From contig CAVXTT010000032.1 in NCBI GenBank assembly GCA_963764685.1, forward strand, positions 36,472 through 100,471: DNA of 64,000 nt. The letters run 5' to 3'. The position numbers and the translations under genes were made by a program. Source of the DNA: an uncultured Ignavibacteriales bacterium (GTDB lineage Bacteria; Bacteroidota; Ignavibacteria; Ignavibacteriales; Ignavibacteriaceae). Of the stretch, positions 53,028 through 63,973 are shown in pieces (the stretch's first letter is position 1; every line of letters starts with the position of its first letter). The notes below the pieces were generated by a model. The model was not told the origin of the DNA, made no database searches, and saw only the letters and a list, made by a program, of their open reading frames with translations.

Positions 53028-54040
53028 TTATTCAAAGTCATGTTCGAAATAATCAACACCTCTCTGAATTTCATTGAATTTGCCTTCAATTCTCATTTTT
53101 AATCTTTCCTGGAATAATTTAGCCGCATCATAACCATAGTGTTTTAACAGGTAATTTAGACTAATGACCTCTGAAATAACGGTAATATTTTTACCCGGTA
53201 AAATGGGCAATTTAACATACAGGATTTCCACATCAGAAATTGTAATATATGTTTCGTCTAATCCTGTCCTTGTATAGTCATTTTTATCATCCCATACTTC
53301 AAGTTCGACAATAATCTCGAGTCTTTTCTGATAGCGAATTGCTCTGATTCCGAACATTCTTTCGGCATCTATTATCCCTAATCCTCGGATCTCCATATTA
53401 TGTTTGCCGATATTGGTACCGGCACCCATAATATGCCTTCTCCTTTTTTTGTAAGGATAATTAAATCATCCGCTACTAGTCTGTGACCTCTCTCAACCAG
53501 ATCAAGTGCGACTTCACTCTTTCCGACTCCTGATTTACCGACAAATAAAATGCCGACACCATAAACATCCACAAATGACCCGTGAATAGAGATCCTGTTA
53601 GCAAACTGGTCATCCAGAAAATCGCTAACCAGGTAGAAAAGCTTGGTTGTTGAGTGCTGAGAGCCAAAAATCGGAATAGAGTATTTTTTTGCTAATTCCA
53701 GCATTATCCCGGGGGGTTCATTCTTATTTGTGAGAATAATGCAGGGAAGGTTAAAATTGAATAATCTTTCCAGAGTCTCCCTTTTTTGAATTTCTGTTAA
53801 ATTTGAGAGGTATCTCATTTCAGTATTACCGAAAATCTGCACCCTTGTATAGGAGAATAAATCAACAAACCCGGCCAATGCCAGGCCGGGTCTGTGTAAA
53901 TTCTGATCGTAAATTTTTCTATCCATTCCTGCCGAATCGGTAAAAATGCTCAGGCCAAAACGCTCACTGCAAAGTTTGAAGAAAAATTCGACAGTAATAA
54001 ATTCTTTCCGGCTTATAGCCTTTTCATCAATATTTACCAT
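53028..54040 (-). pseudogene. hprK: HPr kinase/phosphorylase, frame interrupted
   Basis: P-loop GKSGVGKSE and signature NMEIRGLGII. The frames join (...GEGILMGAGTNIG...) if one A is added near 53425. Confidence 0.88.
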
Positions 54041-54042
54041 AA

Positions 54043-54339
54043 TCAGTGTGTGATCTTCTTAGATTTTAACTTTTCTAATTGACGAACTAGTTTATCTACA
54101 GCACCGGTGGTGGATTTTTTAAAATCGTCTGATTCTCCTGCAGCTTTTAATATCTGTCCCGGGACGTGTAATATCACCTCTGCTGTTTTAATATTCTCTC
54201 TGCTGGTCTGATAGCTCAATATAACTTCTGCATTCATAATTTCATCATTAAATTTTGTTAAAGTGCTTAATTCTGTATGAATATGATCCTTCAATGAATC
54301 GTGCGCTTTAAATTTACGGGCGGTTATTGAGATGTTCAT
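54043..54339 (-). CDS. hpf: ribosome hibernation promoting factor / RaiA family (short form)
   Basis: 98 aa starting MNISITARKFKAHDSLKDHI, typical of the sigma-54 modulation/S30EA family. Sits directly upstream of hprK. Confidence 0.8.
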   Translation of the reverse strand: MNISITARKFKAHDSLKDHIHTELSTLTKFNDEIMNAEVILSYQTSRENIKTAEVILHVPGQILKAAGESDDFKKSTTGAVDKLVRQLEKLKSKKITH

Positions 54340-54354
54340 AACTTACTCCATTAT

Positions 54355-55230
54355 TTATGATTTAGGATGAGCTTTTTTATAGGTTTTTTTTAATCTCTCA
54401 ACACTTACATGAGTATAGATTTGAGTGGTTGAAAGATTTTCGTGACCTAAAATTTCTTTTACGGTATTGAGATCGGCACCACTGTCAAGCATATGTGTGG
54501 CTGCACTGTGGCGAAAAATATGCGGGCTTTTCTTCCCGATATCTGTCACCTGGGATAAATATTTATTTACAATTCTGTAGACTAACTTCGGGTAAATTCG
54601 TTCACCTTTATCGTTTACCAGCAGTGATTTATTATTGTCTGTTCTACTCTCCAGATATTCTTTAATAACAGGAACAGACTTTGATCCTACCGGAACTATT
54701 CGGACTTTATTACCCTTACCTGTAACACGTAAAATACACTTCTTCAAATCAATATCAAGCTTGTTCAAACTGCATATTTCGGAAACGCGCAGGGCACAGC
54801 CATACAATAATTCAAAGATTGCTTTTATAAGCAGTGTATTTTTGCCAGCCTCATCGGCAATATCATAAATTTTTATGATAGAATCCAGAGTTGTAATCTC
54901 CGGGAGCTTTTTTTTTATTTTTGGATTAGGAGTGGAAATGGAAGAATTCTTATCAGAATACCCCATGATATAACTAAAATGCAGCAACCCCCGAAGAGCT
55001 GAAAGATTCCTTGAGACAGATCTTTTATCAAGAGATTTTTCATTAAGAAATGATAAATAAGATCTTATCGCAGACTGCGAAATCTTATTCAGTTCATTTA
55101 TCTTTTCTAGTTTACAGAAATCTATGAACTTGGTAAGATCATTCGAATAGGCGGTAATTGTGTTCTTCGAATATCTCTTAAGGTTTTTTAGTTCAGATAA
55201 ATATTCCTCAGATATCTCTTTGATATCCAC
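54355..55230 (-). CDS. site-specific tyrosine recombinase, XerC/XerD family
   Basis: 291 aa. N-terminal SAM-like domain, catalytic residues in ALRVSE..., HIFRHSAATHML and LGHENLSTTQIYTHV. Confidence 0.85.
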   Translation of the reverse strand: MDIKEISEEYLSELKNLKRYSKNTITAYSNDLTKFIDFCKLEKINELNKISQSAIRSYLSFLNEKSLDKRSVSRNLSALRGLLHFSYIMGYSDKNSSISTPNPKIKKKLPEITTLDSIIKIYDIADEAGKNTLLIKAIFELLYGCALRVSEICSLNKLDIDLKKCILRVTGKGNKVRIVPVGSKSVPVIKEYLESRTDNNKSLLVNDKGERIYPKLVYRIVNKYLSQVTDIGKKSPHIFRHSAATHMLDSGADLNTVKEILGHENLSTTQIYTHVSVERLKKTYKKAHPKS

Positions 55231-57545
55231 TATTCTTCTTCTACAAATTCAACATTAACTTCTTCTTTGCAGACAGGACATCTAAGATAATTCCCCTTCT
55301 TTGCCGAATACCTTTCTTCCATATAATCAGAATCTTTATTCGGACAGGCTACATCAGCAGGTTTATACCAGCTGACAAAATCACATTCAGGAAATCTTGA
55401 ACATCCGTAAAATAATCTTATTTCTCCTGGATTTTCTCTCGACAACTTCACCTTTATTACATTTCGGACAGGTAATGCCAAGGGTTATAGGTTTAACAAA
55501 ATCACATTCAGGATATCTTTCACATCCTATGAATCTTCCGAATTTACCTTCTCTGAATACAGTTCTGCTCCCGCATTTTTCACATTTATCACCTGTATAT
55601 TCAGGTTCCTGATGAAGCTGGAAATATTCCTTAAATGATTTTATATTTTTACATTCAGGATAATTTGTGCAGGCAAGATATTTACCAAATCTTCCGCCCT
55701 TATTTCCATTTCCCGCCGCATACATCGCAAATGATTTTCTCAATTTTATCCTCTACCTGTTTCAGGGCTTTTGAAAAAGGAAGATAAAAATCATTCAGGA
55801 CACCGTATATTCATTTTCTCCCTGTGCAATCTGATCAAGTTCATTTTCCATTCCAGCTGTAAAGTCGACATTAATAATTTCAGGAAAATTTTTTACAAGA
55901 ACATTATTTACTCTTCTGCCTAAAGTGGTCGGCATCAGCTTCCTGTCACCATATCAACATATTTTCTGTCCTGTATCGTGCTTACAATCAGAGAATAAGT
56001 ACTTGGTCTGCCGATACCGTTGCTTTCAAGTTCTTTAATAAGAGTACTTTCTGTATACCTTGCCGGGGGTTTTGTAAAATGCTGTGTTTTCTGAAGTTGT
56101 TTTAAGCCGAGCGCTGATTCTTTTTCAAGCCCTGCAGGAATTTTATCATTCCTGTATTCATCTTTATCATCGCTTCTGTTATTTTCTTCCAAATCTTCAT
56201 ATACCTGAATAAAACCTGAAAACTTTACAGCACTTCCAGCAGCTCTAAAAATAAATTCCTCTGCCTTAATTTCTACAACTGTGGCTTCCAGAATTGCCTG
56301 ACTCATCTGCGACGCAAGAAATCTATTCCAGACTAATTCGTATAACTTATAAGATCTGTTATCCAGAAATTGTTTTACCAATTCCGGGGTATAACTTAAT
56401 GATGTCGGTCTTATTGCTTCATGCGCATCCTGTACATTTATGTTTTCTTTTTTTCATAACTGTTTCGTTCGGCAGGGTAAAAATCTTTGCCAAAAGTACT
56501 GACTATAAAGTCTTTCGTTGATTCAGCTATTTCATCATTTATTCTTGTTGAGTCTGTTCTCATATATGTAATCAAACCCTGCGTTCCCTCTTTTCCCAGA
56601 TCAATTCCTTCATACAGCTTCTGTGCAATCATCATTGTCTGGCTTGGGCGCATCCGTCAATCTTCTGGAAGCTTCCGACTGAAGGGAGCTTGTAATAAAA
56701 GGCGGCGGCGGGTTACGCTTTGTATTTCTTTTCGAAACATTTGATATACGGAAATCTTTTATTAAAGAAATCCTTTCAAATATTTCCCGGGCGGTTTTCT
56801 CATCGGATATGCTTATGTAATGTTCCAGGAATTCTTTAATCTGTTCTCCAGAAGCACCCGGTTTCAGTTTTAATTTTATATCTTTATCAGCAATACTGAA
56901 GAGTTTAGCTTTAAATTCTTCACCATTATCTGTTGTAAAGACCGCCCAGATCGACCAATATTCAATTGTCTGAAACTTTTCTATCTCACTTTCTCTTTCA
57001 CATATCAGTTTCAGGGCAACCGACTGCACTCTTCCCGCAGATAATGAAGCTGTACCGGCAGTTTCAATTATTGTCTTCCAGAGAAAAGGACTTATCTGAT
57101 ATCCAATTATTCTGTCCATTACTCTTCGAGCCCGCTGTGAACTTACAAGATTATTATCAATTCCCCGGGGCTCCTTCATAGCTTTTTGAACCCCCTTCTT
57201 AGTAATTTCATTAAAGAGTACGCGGTAGATATCGGAGCTGCTCTTTCCATTTAGAATATCAACAATATCCTGTGCAATAGCCTCCCCTTCACGGTCAGGG
57301 TCAGTTGCTATGTATATTTTGCTGCTTTTTGCCGCTAGACTTTTGATTTTTTTAATTATGTCACCTTTACCGCGAATATTAAGATATTGCGGTTCATAAT
57401 TATTCTCGATATCGACGCCAAGTTTTGTTTTAGGTAAATTCCTGATATGCCCTATTGTGGGTTCAACAATATAATCTTTTCCAAGATACTTGTTTATGGT
57501 TTTAGCTTTCGAAGGAGATTCAACAAGTACTAAATTTTTACTCAT
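55230..57545 (-). pseudogene. topA: DNA topoisomerase I, frame interrupted at least five times
   Basis: Toprim LVLVESPSKAKT/DPDREGE (57545..56610) and catalytic Tyr region [10 protein letters not shown] (56653..56438). 56381..55935 follows, then an unlisted piece MPTTLGRRV...FTAGMENELDQI. C4 zinc ribbons lie in 55743..55387 and 55481..55230. Confidence 0.9.
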
Positions 57546-57550
57546 TTTTA

Positions 57551-58006
57551 TTAATTTATTTTATCTGAAGAAAATAGAAGTAACCTGCTTCCCGGTAAAA
57601 CGTAATTATCTATATCCAGGAACAATGAAAATATAAGTGTGTCGATGGTACCCTTATTTATATTACCTGACGGGATTGCTATCAGATTTGAAAGAATAAG
57701 TTCCATATCGGCATTGTTAATAATTCCGATATTGTAAAAATGCTTAAGATAATTAAAATTATCTGTGCCTATAATTTGAAGTTCATATTCCGAAGCGTAT
57801 CTCTTGCCGTAGGTATTTTCTTTTGTAGATTTATTACTTAAGGTATCTTTTAAAATTTTATCATATATCCAGCTGTAAGCTGCAGCAACAACCTTTTTGT
57901 CATAATTATCTCTCGATGAGATCACTTCAATTATCTTTTCAGGCGTATAATTATCGTTTATAGCCTTATAGACCTTTAGAATTATTTCAACAAATTCAGA
58001 AATCAT
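57551..58006 (-). CDS. hypothetical protein (possibly DUF494/Smg-like)
   Basis: 151-aa ORF between ybeY and topA. The Smg-like idea rests only on weak N-terminal resemblance and proximity to topA. Confidence 0.35.
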   Translation of the reverse strand: MISEFVEIILKVYKAINDNYTPEKIIEVISSRDNYDKKVVAAAYSWIYDKILKDTLSNKSTKENTYGKRYASEYELQIIGTDNFNYLKHFYNIGIINNADMELILSNLIAIPSGNINKGTIDTLIFSLFLDIDNYVLPGSRLLLFSSDKIN

Positions 58007-58461
58007 TATAAAAGATGAAATTTATACTTCTTTAATAGTTTATTTTCGAATTTTTTCATTATCAATCTATCATTTTTATCCTTATCTATAAAACCAATAA
58101 GGTGAAGAATTCCGTGAATTATCAACCGGGTAATTTCTTCATTTATAGTTACACGAAATTTTTTCGCGTTAAGTTCCGCTTCTTTATATGAAATAAATAG
58201 CTCAGCGTCTATGTTTTGGCTATCCTCTGCATAATCAAATGTGATGATGTCGGTCGAGTAATTGTGACCAAGATACTTCTTATTTATTTCAATAATCTCT
58301 TTTTCTGAAACAAAATTGATGATTAATGAAGAAATATCAATTTTCAGCTCTGACTTCAAGTCTTGGATTAAGTGATGAATAGGCGATTTTGAAAGATTTT
58401 TAACGCCCCCTGTTTCAATTGTAAGATTCTTCACTATTTGAACCATTGCTCCTGTAAACAC
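58006..58461 (-). CDS. ybeY: rRNA maturation endoribonuclease YbeY
   Basis: Zinc motif HGILHLIGFID (H-x3-H-x5-D/H). Typical size of about 145 aa. Confidence 0.85.
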   Translation of the reverse strand: MFTGAMVQIVKNLTIETGGVKNLSKSPIHHLIQDLKSELKIDISSLIINFVSEKEIIEINKKYLGHNYSTDIITFDYAEDSQNIDAELFISYKEAELNAKKFRVTINEEITRLIIHGILHLIGFIDKDKNDRLIMKKFENKLLKKYKFHLL

Positions 58462-58486
58462 TTAAATATGTCCATAAAATGAACAA

Positions 58487-59350
58487 TCAAAGTGTAAATG
58501 TCAAACCTTCCCTGGATCCTACGCAATTTATTTTAACTTTTTCCTTATTAAAGATATTCCTGACCTCTTTTACGAGTTCGTCGATTTTCTCATCGGTATA
58601 ATCAGGATTATAATGAAAAAAAACAAGATTCTTTACACCGGCAGAGATACTGAATTCAGCAACGGAACGGTTTCCGGAATGCCCCCAACCTTTTCTATTA
58701 TGAAAGGATACTTCATCATACATCACATCGTGAATCAAATATTCTGCACCACTGCAGAATTCAATCAACTCCTGATTTAAAGAACTGATCCTGTTTGATT
58801 GCTGAGCGGGCTCATCTAAATACAATTCATTATCGGTAACATAAACAAACGAATGCTCCCCTTCTTTTAATTTAAATACCAATGTTGGTGAAGGGTGATT
58901 ACTTTGAAATGTTTCAATTTCAACAGTATCAATATTATAAATAGAATGGTTTTTTATATTAATAAAACTTTTGTGAGAGGTGACCTCATCAAGTTTAACA
59001 GGAAAATTATTAGGCAACATTTGATTACCTAATACTTTTTCCACATCCATCCCATTGCTCTCAATACCATAAAATCTAATCTCTGCAGAAGGATCATAAA
59101 AGGGTTTAAAAAACGGCAGTCCCTGTATATGGTCCCAATGATAATGTGAAATAAGTATATCAATATCCCCCTTCCATTTATCTGCAATGAGACTATTACC
59201 AAACTCCCTGATCCCGCTGCCGGCATCAAGGATGATCAGCCTTCCGGAAGCGCTCCTCACCTCAACGCAGGGTGTATTGCCTCCATATTTTATAGTTGAT
59301 TTACCGGGTACGGGAATAGAGCCCCGTGTGCCCCAAAATCTTATCAGCAT
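58487..59350 (-). CDS. MBL-fold metallo-hydrolase
   Basis: HxHxDH motif ISHYHWDHIQG. 287 aa. Confidence 0.8.
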   Translation of the reverse strand: MLIRFWGTRGSIPVPGKSTIKYGGNTPCVEVRSASGRLIILDAGSGIREFGNSLIADKWKGDIDILISHYHWDHIQGLPFFKPFYDPSAEIRFYGIESNGMDVEKVLGNQMLPNNFPVKLDEVTSHKSFINIKNHSIYNIDTVEIETFQSNHPSPTLVFKLKEGEHSFVYVTDNELYLDEPAQQSNRISSLNQELIEFCSGAEYLIHDVMYDEVSFHNRKGWGHSGNRSVAEFSISAGVKNLVFFHYNPDYTDEKIDELVKEVRNIFNKEKVKINCVGSREGLTFTL

Positions 59351-59359
59351 AAGAATATC

Positions 59360-59935
59360 TTAAAAATTCTCAAATGATTTTAATGTAATCTCGGTATATT
59401 TCTTATATCTTTCGGCTGAAGCACTTAAATCCTGTAATTCTCCCGGCGTAAGATCTCTGATAATCCTTGCAGGAACACCCGCCGCCAGTTTACCTGAAGG
59501 GACAATAAAATTCTGTTTAATAACGGCTCCTGCGGCAACCATCCCCTGCTCTTCAATTACGGCCCCATCGAGAACGATAGCACCCATTCCAATCAGGCAT
59601 AAATTCTTTAATGTGCAGCCGTGCAGCGTTACAGAATGACCGATAGTAACTCTGTCCCCGATATTTAAAGGATAACGTCCATTTGTTACGTGAAGCATTG
59701 AACAATCCTGTACATTGGTCATTTCTCCAATACGTATATAATGCACATCTCCCCTTATAACTGTATTGTACCATATACTTGAATATTCACCGATCTCTAC
59801 ATCACCAATAATTTTTACACCCGAAGCAATAAATACAGAATCCGGAATCTTAGGAAAATGATTAAGATACGGAAATAATTTAATCTCCTCTTTCAATCCT
59901 GATATTTTGGAGGTGTCCATCCTGTTCTTTTCCAT
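59360..59935 (-). CDS. gamma-class carbonic anhydrase-like / hexapeptide-repeat protein
   Basis: Left-handed beta-helix repeats: IIGDVEIGEYSSIWYNTVIRGDVHYIRIGEMTNVQD..., and HGCTL. Confidence 0.8.
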   Translation of the reverse strand: MEKNRMDTSKISGLKEEIKLFPYLNHFPKIPDSVFIASGVKIIGDVEIGEYSSIWYNTVIRGDVHYIRIGEMTNVQDCSMLHVTNGRYPLNIGDRVTIGHSVTLHGCTLKNLCLIGMGAIVLDGAVIEEQGMVAAGAVIKQNFIVPSGKLAAGVPARIIRDLTPGELQDLSASAERYKKYTEITLKSFENF

Positions 59936-60708
59936 TCTTTTAATTCCAGTGTAATATTACCAATCAATACTTTCATTTTGGCGACTATCGGAATAGCCGC
60001 ACTATCATTAGAGAACCATCCTTCAAAAAATCCTGTCAAGCCGAATACACTCACAAAATCTGTTTCCCCATCAAGCTTAATGCATTCAACATTGTAATCA
60101 ACTGCATCAATGGAAATGCCCTGAACATCTGTCCGGAAATTTATCCTTGTATAAACCTTCTGTTCATTTACAAAACAAGGGACATAAACGGTCCTTTCTG
60201 ATCCCAGGCTCAACCTGGCATAATAAAAAATGGATAGTCCATCCTGATATACCGTGTCTGCTTTTGCAAGCGAGTCTGTCCAAACCTCCGGTGGATACAC
60301 TTTACCTTTTTTAATTTTTATATGTGACTTATTATAATCAAAGTTATATACTGTATAGGAGCTATAATCATCGTACTTTACAACACCACGGAAGTAATTG
60401 GAATACAAATTTTTATTCAGGGTACTTTCGTATATCTGGTGTAAACTTACAAATGGGACATCGTCATATGAATCAATGTATGCGATAGTGGAATAACAGG
60501 GTATTCCATTCATTATTTTTTTGTCCTTAACCTTTATTTTTACTTCCCCCAGTTTTATAAATGAATAGCTTACAACGTAAGTTAGTTCTTCACCCGGCTG
60601 TAATTCTTTAGGTTCAAAGCCCTCATGACCCTGTACCTTATGATATGATGAGGGATAAGGTAATAGGATTAATATAATAAAAGGAAAAACTATAAATAGT
60701 TTTCTCAT
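59893..60708 (-). CDS. DUF3108-like secreted protein
   Basis: Signal peptide. The pattern GEELTYVVSYSFIKLGEVKIKV resembles DUF3108, from memory. Confidence 0.5.
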   Translation of the reverse strand: MRKLFIVFPFIILILLPYPSSYHKVQGHEGFEPKELQPGEELTYVVSYSFIKLGEVKIKVKDKKIMNGIPCYSTIAYIDSYDDVPFVSLHQIYESTLNKNLYSNYFRGVVKYDDYSSYTVYNFDYNKSHIKIKKGKVYPPEVWTDSLAKADTVYQDGLSIFYYARLSLGSERTVYVPCFVNEQKVYTRINFRTDVQGISIDAVDYNVECIKLDGETDFVSVFGLTGFFEGWFSNDSAAIPIVAKMKVLIGNITLELKEWKRTGWTPPKYQD

Positions 60709-62310
60709 CTCAATTTGGCAAGATCCTTTGCCTCACTGAATAATCCAGCTGCCCTGGTTACCTGATTATCGATTTGGAGCAGAACTGAATACCATCCTTC
60801 GTTCTTCCAATAGTTTCTCGCAATATGAGCTTTAATCCGGGTCAGTATATATTCCTTATCAGTATTAAAACCTTTTTCATCAAATTTTACTCCCTTAGAC
60901 TCTGCAAAACTTTTAAAATCCTTAACTCTTTCTTCAGGAAATTTAAAATCCTGGCTGAAACTTTTGAGGGTCTGATAACGGGTCTTAATTGATTCCCCCT
61001 GTTCATCCAGATACTTTAGGGTATATAAATAAAGTAAATTATTTTTAAGGAGATCAGTAGTATATTCGGTTACATTGTGTGCTTTGACAATAAAGTCAGG
61101 AGTAATTCCTCCTCCGCCATAAACTATTCTTCCTGAATTTGTTTTGAAGGTAGGTTTGACAGAGTCTCCTTCAGCCTGATGATTAAGATTATCCCCTTCT
61201 TTTTCATCCTTATCGGAAATTTCAGAATAATAATCCTCTTTATTCTTTTTATCTTTATAATCCCTTTGTATTAGTCTGCCCGAGGGAGTAAAGTATTTCG
61301 AAATTGTAATTCTAACCGCCGAGTTATCCGCCAGCGTAAATTGTCTTTGTACAAGCCCTTTGCCGAATGTAGTTTCACCGACTATCAGTCCCCGGTCCCA
61401 GTCCTGTATAGCACCTGAAACAATTTCACTTGCTGATGCACTCCCTTTGTTTACAAGTATGATTAGAGGAATTTTCTCAAAATCTGACCCTTCGGAGGAA
61501 TAATATTCTTCATTAAACTCACTTCTTCTACCTTCAGTATATACGATTTTCTTTTTACCTTCCAGGAACAGATCAGACATCTGCACTGCCTGGTTTAAAT
61601 ATCCTCCGGGGTTGCTTCTTAAATCCAGGATAAGTTGTTTCATACCTTTATTTTTCAGATCTTCAAGTGCAGACTAACAGTTCTTTGTTTGTTGTTTCAG
61701 CAAAACGGGAGACACTTACATAGCCTGTGGAGTTGTCAATCATAAAATGAGTATCGACTGAGTAGAGAGGTATTTTATCCCTGGTAATTGTATAATCAAT
61801 TGTATTCCTGATCCCGGGACGTACTACGGTAATTTGGACAGTCGTACCGGCTTTACCTCGTAAAGATTTTCTAACATCATCATTGGATATTCCAATTACA
61901 TTTTTATGATCTATTTTTATGATCCGGTCACCTGATAAGATGCCTAATGCTTCACTTGGTCCACCTGTAATCGGGGATACCACAGTAAGAGTGTCGTTCA
62001 CTACCTGGAATTCAATTCCGATTCCTTCAAATTCTCCCTTAAACGATTCTTCAACAGCTTCCATATTAGAGGCCGGGATATATACAGAATGAGGATCAAG
62101 TTCCTCCAGCATCCCATTAATTCCGGACTCAACAACCTTGTTTGAATTTACGTCTTCGACATAATATTTTTCAATATAGGTCAGCACATCATTCAATTTA
62201 TTTATACTGTCTCTGAGATTATCTCCTGAAAATACTTTCTCTATTTGTATTCCCAGGACTATTCCGAGAGTAAGGAGTATTACACCGAATGGCACTTTAA
62301 ATTTATTCAT
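60705..62310 (-). pseudogene. carboxy-terminal processing protease (S41), frame interrupted
   Basis: N-terminal TM helix, PDZ domain (LSGDRIIKIDHKNV). The catalytic Ser context is NKGSASASEI and the Lys context is TFGKGLVQ. ORFs 62310..61663 and 61643..60705 join as ...NKELLxSALEDLKNKGMKQLILDLRSNPGG. Confidence 0.88.
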
Positions 62311-62326
62311 ACAATCTCCGTCAGAG

Positions 62327-63973
62327 TTATATTCTTATGGACAAGTTAATAAATGATTCTAATTTTTCTTGTGATAATCTATTTTGCAGGGCTTCTGAAA
62401 TATAGCTAAATCGTAAGGTAAAAATAAACTGATTAACGGGTTCATAACTGGCTGTAAAAGAAAGGTTCCTCACATATTCCAGATCCCCGTCAAGGAATTC
62501 CACAGATGTATCATCTGTTGTTCTATGCCCCAGGTGAAGATCCCCGCCAACATTCTTTTTTACGGATCCGTCGTCATTCAGTGGGTTCGCCCCGTGCACA
62601 TAGTAATAGAATTCAAGACCGGTAAAGAACCTCCCGGTAAATCTATAGCTTACACCTGCGAAATAGGTTTCACTGTTTGGCTCTGCAAGTGAACTCAGGG
62701 GATAATCACGGTTTGTATAAACATTCCTGCTTAACCTGTGTGTAAGTGTGTAGGGCTCAATTCGTAAATATTCAAAGCGGATATCCAGCGGGAGTCTGCC
62801 GATATTATAAGCAGCCGCACCGGCATTCAGCATGACCTGATTACCCCACCACCCGGTATTGATCTTTCCGAAGGAAATATCATCCAGCAAAAGCAGTCCA
62901 TAAAATTTCAGGCTGTTGAATGAGTTATTAGTAAAATCCAGGAACAGCATTGCATTATCCCGGTCACTGCCGGAATGTTCAACTGTCTTGTAAAAGTTAA
63001 AGGGGTTCAGATAACTGAAATCCAGAGAACGGTCACCGTAGATAATCATTTCCCCGGCACCTAAGGTAAAGTGCCGGGAGAAATCAAAGCCAATCCTATG
63101 ATAGCCCAGAAACTTTTCACCATATTCAACCGATCCACCTGTAACGCTGTCGGGTTTATAAATCTCATTACCAAGTACCTTGCCGTGAAAGAAAGAAAAG
63201 CTTACAATATCAATGCCCATATTCAGATAAAGGTAATCAAATTGAGGTGAGTATGAATTTAGAACGGGCCTGAGTATTCCGGGACCGATATTCATTCTAT
63301 CCCGTCCAATTTTAAATCTTACCGAACTGAAATCAGCAGTAAAATAACCTTGAGTATTATCAAAATAATTTTCATCATTTTCGTTAAACTTAAAGTTGTA
63401 CTGCAGTTCCCGCTTTAATAATGCAGTTTGTTTGTCGCCAAAACCTTTACCATTTGTACCCTTAATAGAGAAGCCGAATTTATCAAGTAAAGTGCCTCTA
63501 ATTTCTCCTCCAAGCTGAAGAAGGTAAGCACTATTGAAGCTTGAAGTTCCAATGGTATCAGAACCAACCATCTCTGCTTCTCCAAGGAGTGATATGAATA
63601 TGTTTCCGGTATTACCTGTGCTGAAATATAAATATTTTGATTTTTGAGAGAGCAAGTCATAATTTCCGCTAAATAAGGAAACACTGTTCAGTGTAGTATC
63701 ATTCATTTCAAGATCAAATTCAATAAGCAGGTCCTCATATTGCAGCCTGTCGCTTGGATTCAAACTCTCCTGCACAGGTAAAATCTCTTTTAGTTTATCA
63801 GAAATCATTCTCCGCGTTTTAGGAATCTCGAATTCATCATATCCTGAAATAAAATGCTGAGTTTCCATACGGTCAAGGAAGGAATAAACAGAATTAGTGA
63901 TTTCAACATATTCTGCCTGGGCCAGCAGTGTTACAGGAAACAATAAAGAAAATAAAATAATTTTTCTTATCAT
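62327..63973 (-). CDS. outer-membrane beta-barrel protein (possibly Wzi-like)
   Basis: 548 aa with signal peptide ...LLAQA. Long alternating beta-strand pattern rich in G/Y/F/N. The Wzi idea rests only on size and a GRDRMNIGPG-type motif. Confidence 0.4.
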   Translation of the reverse strand: MIRKIILFSLLFPVTLLAQAEYVEITNSVYSFLDRMETQHFISGYDEFEIPKTRRMISDKLKEILPVQESLNPSDRLQYEDLLIEFDLEMNDTTLNSVSLFSGNYDLLSQKSKYLYFSTGNTGNIFISLLGEAEMVGSDTIGTSSFNSAYLLQLGGEIRGTLLDKFGFSIKGTNGKGFGDKQTALLKRELQYNFKFNENDENYFDNTQGYFTADFSSVRFKIGRDRMNIGPGILRPVLNSYSPQFDYLYLNMGIDIVSFSFFHGKVLGNEIYKPDSVTGGSVEYGEKFLGYHRIGFDFSRHFTLGAGEMIIYGDRSLDFSYLNPFNFYKTVEHSGSDRDNAMLFLDFTNNSFNSLKFYGLLLLDDISFGKINTGWWGNQVMLNAGAAAYNIGRLPLDIRFEYLRIEPYTLTHRLSRNVYTNRDYPLSSLAEPNSETYFAGVSYRFTGRFFTGLEFYYYVHGANPLNDDGSVKKNVGGDLHLGHRTTDDTSVEFLDGDLEYVRNLSFTASYEPVNQFIFTLRFSYISEALQNRLSQEKLESFINLSIRI

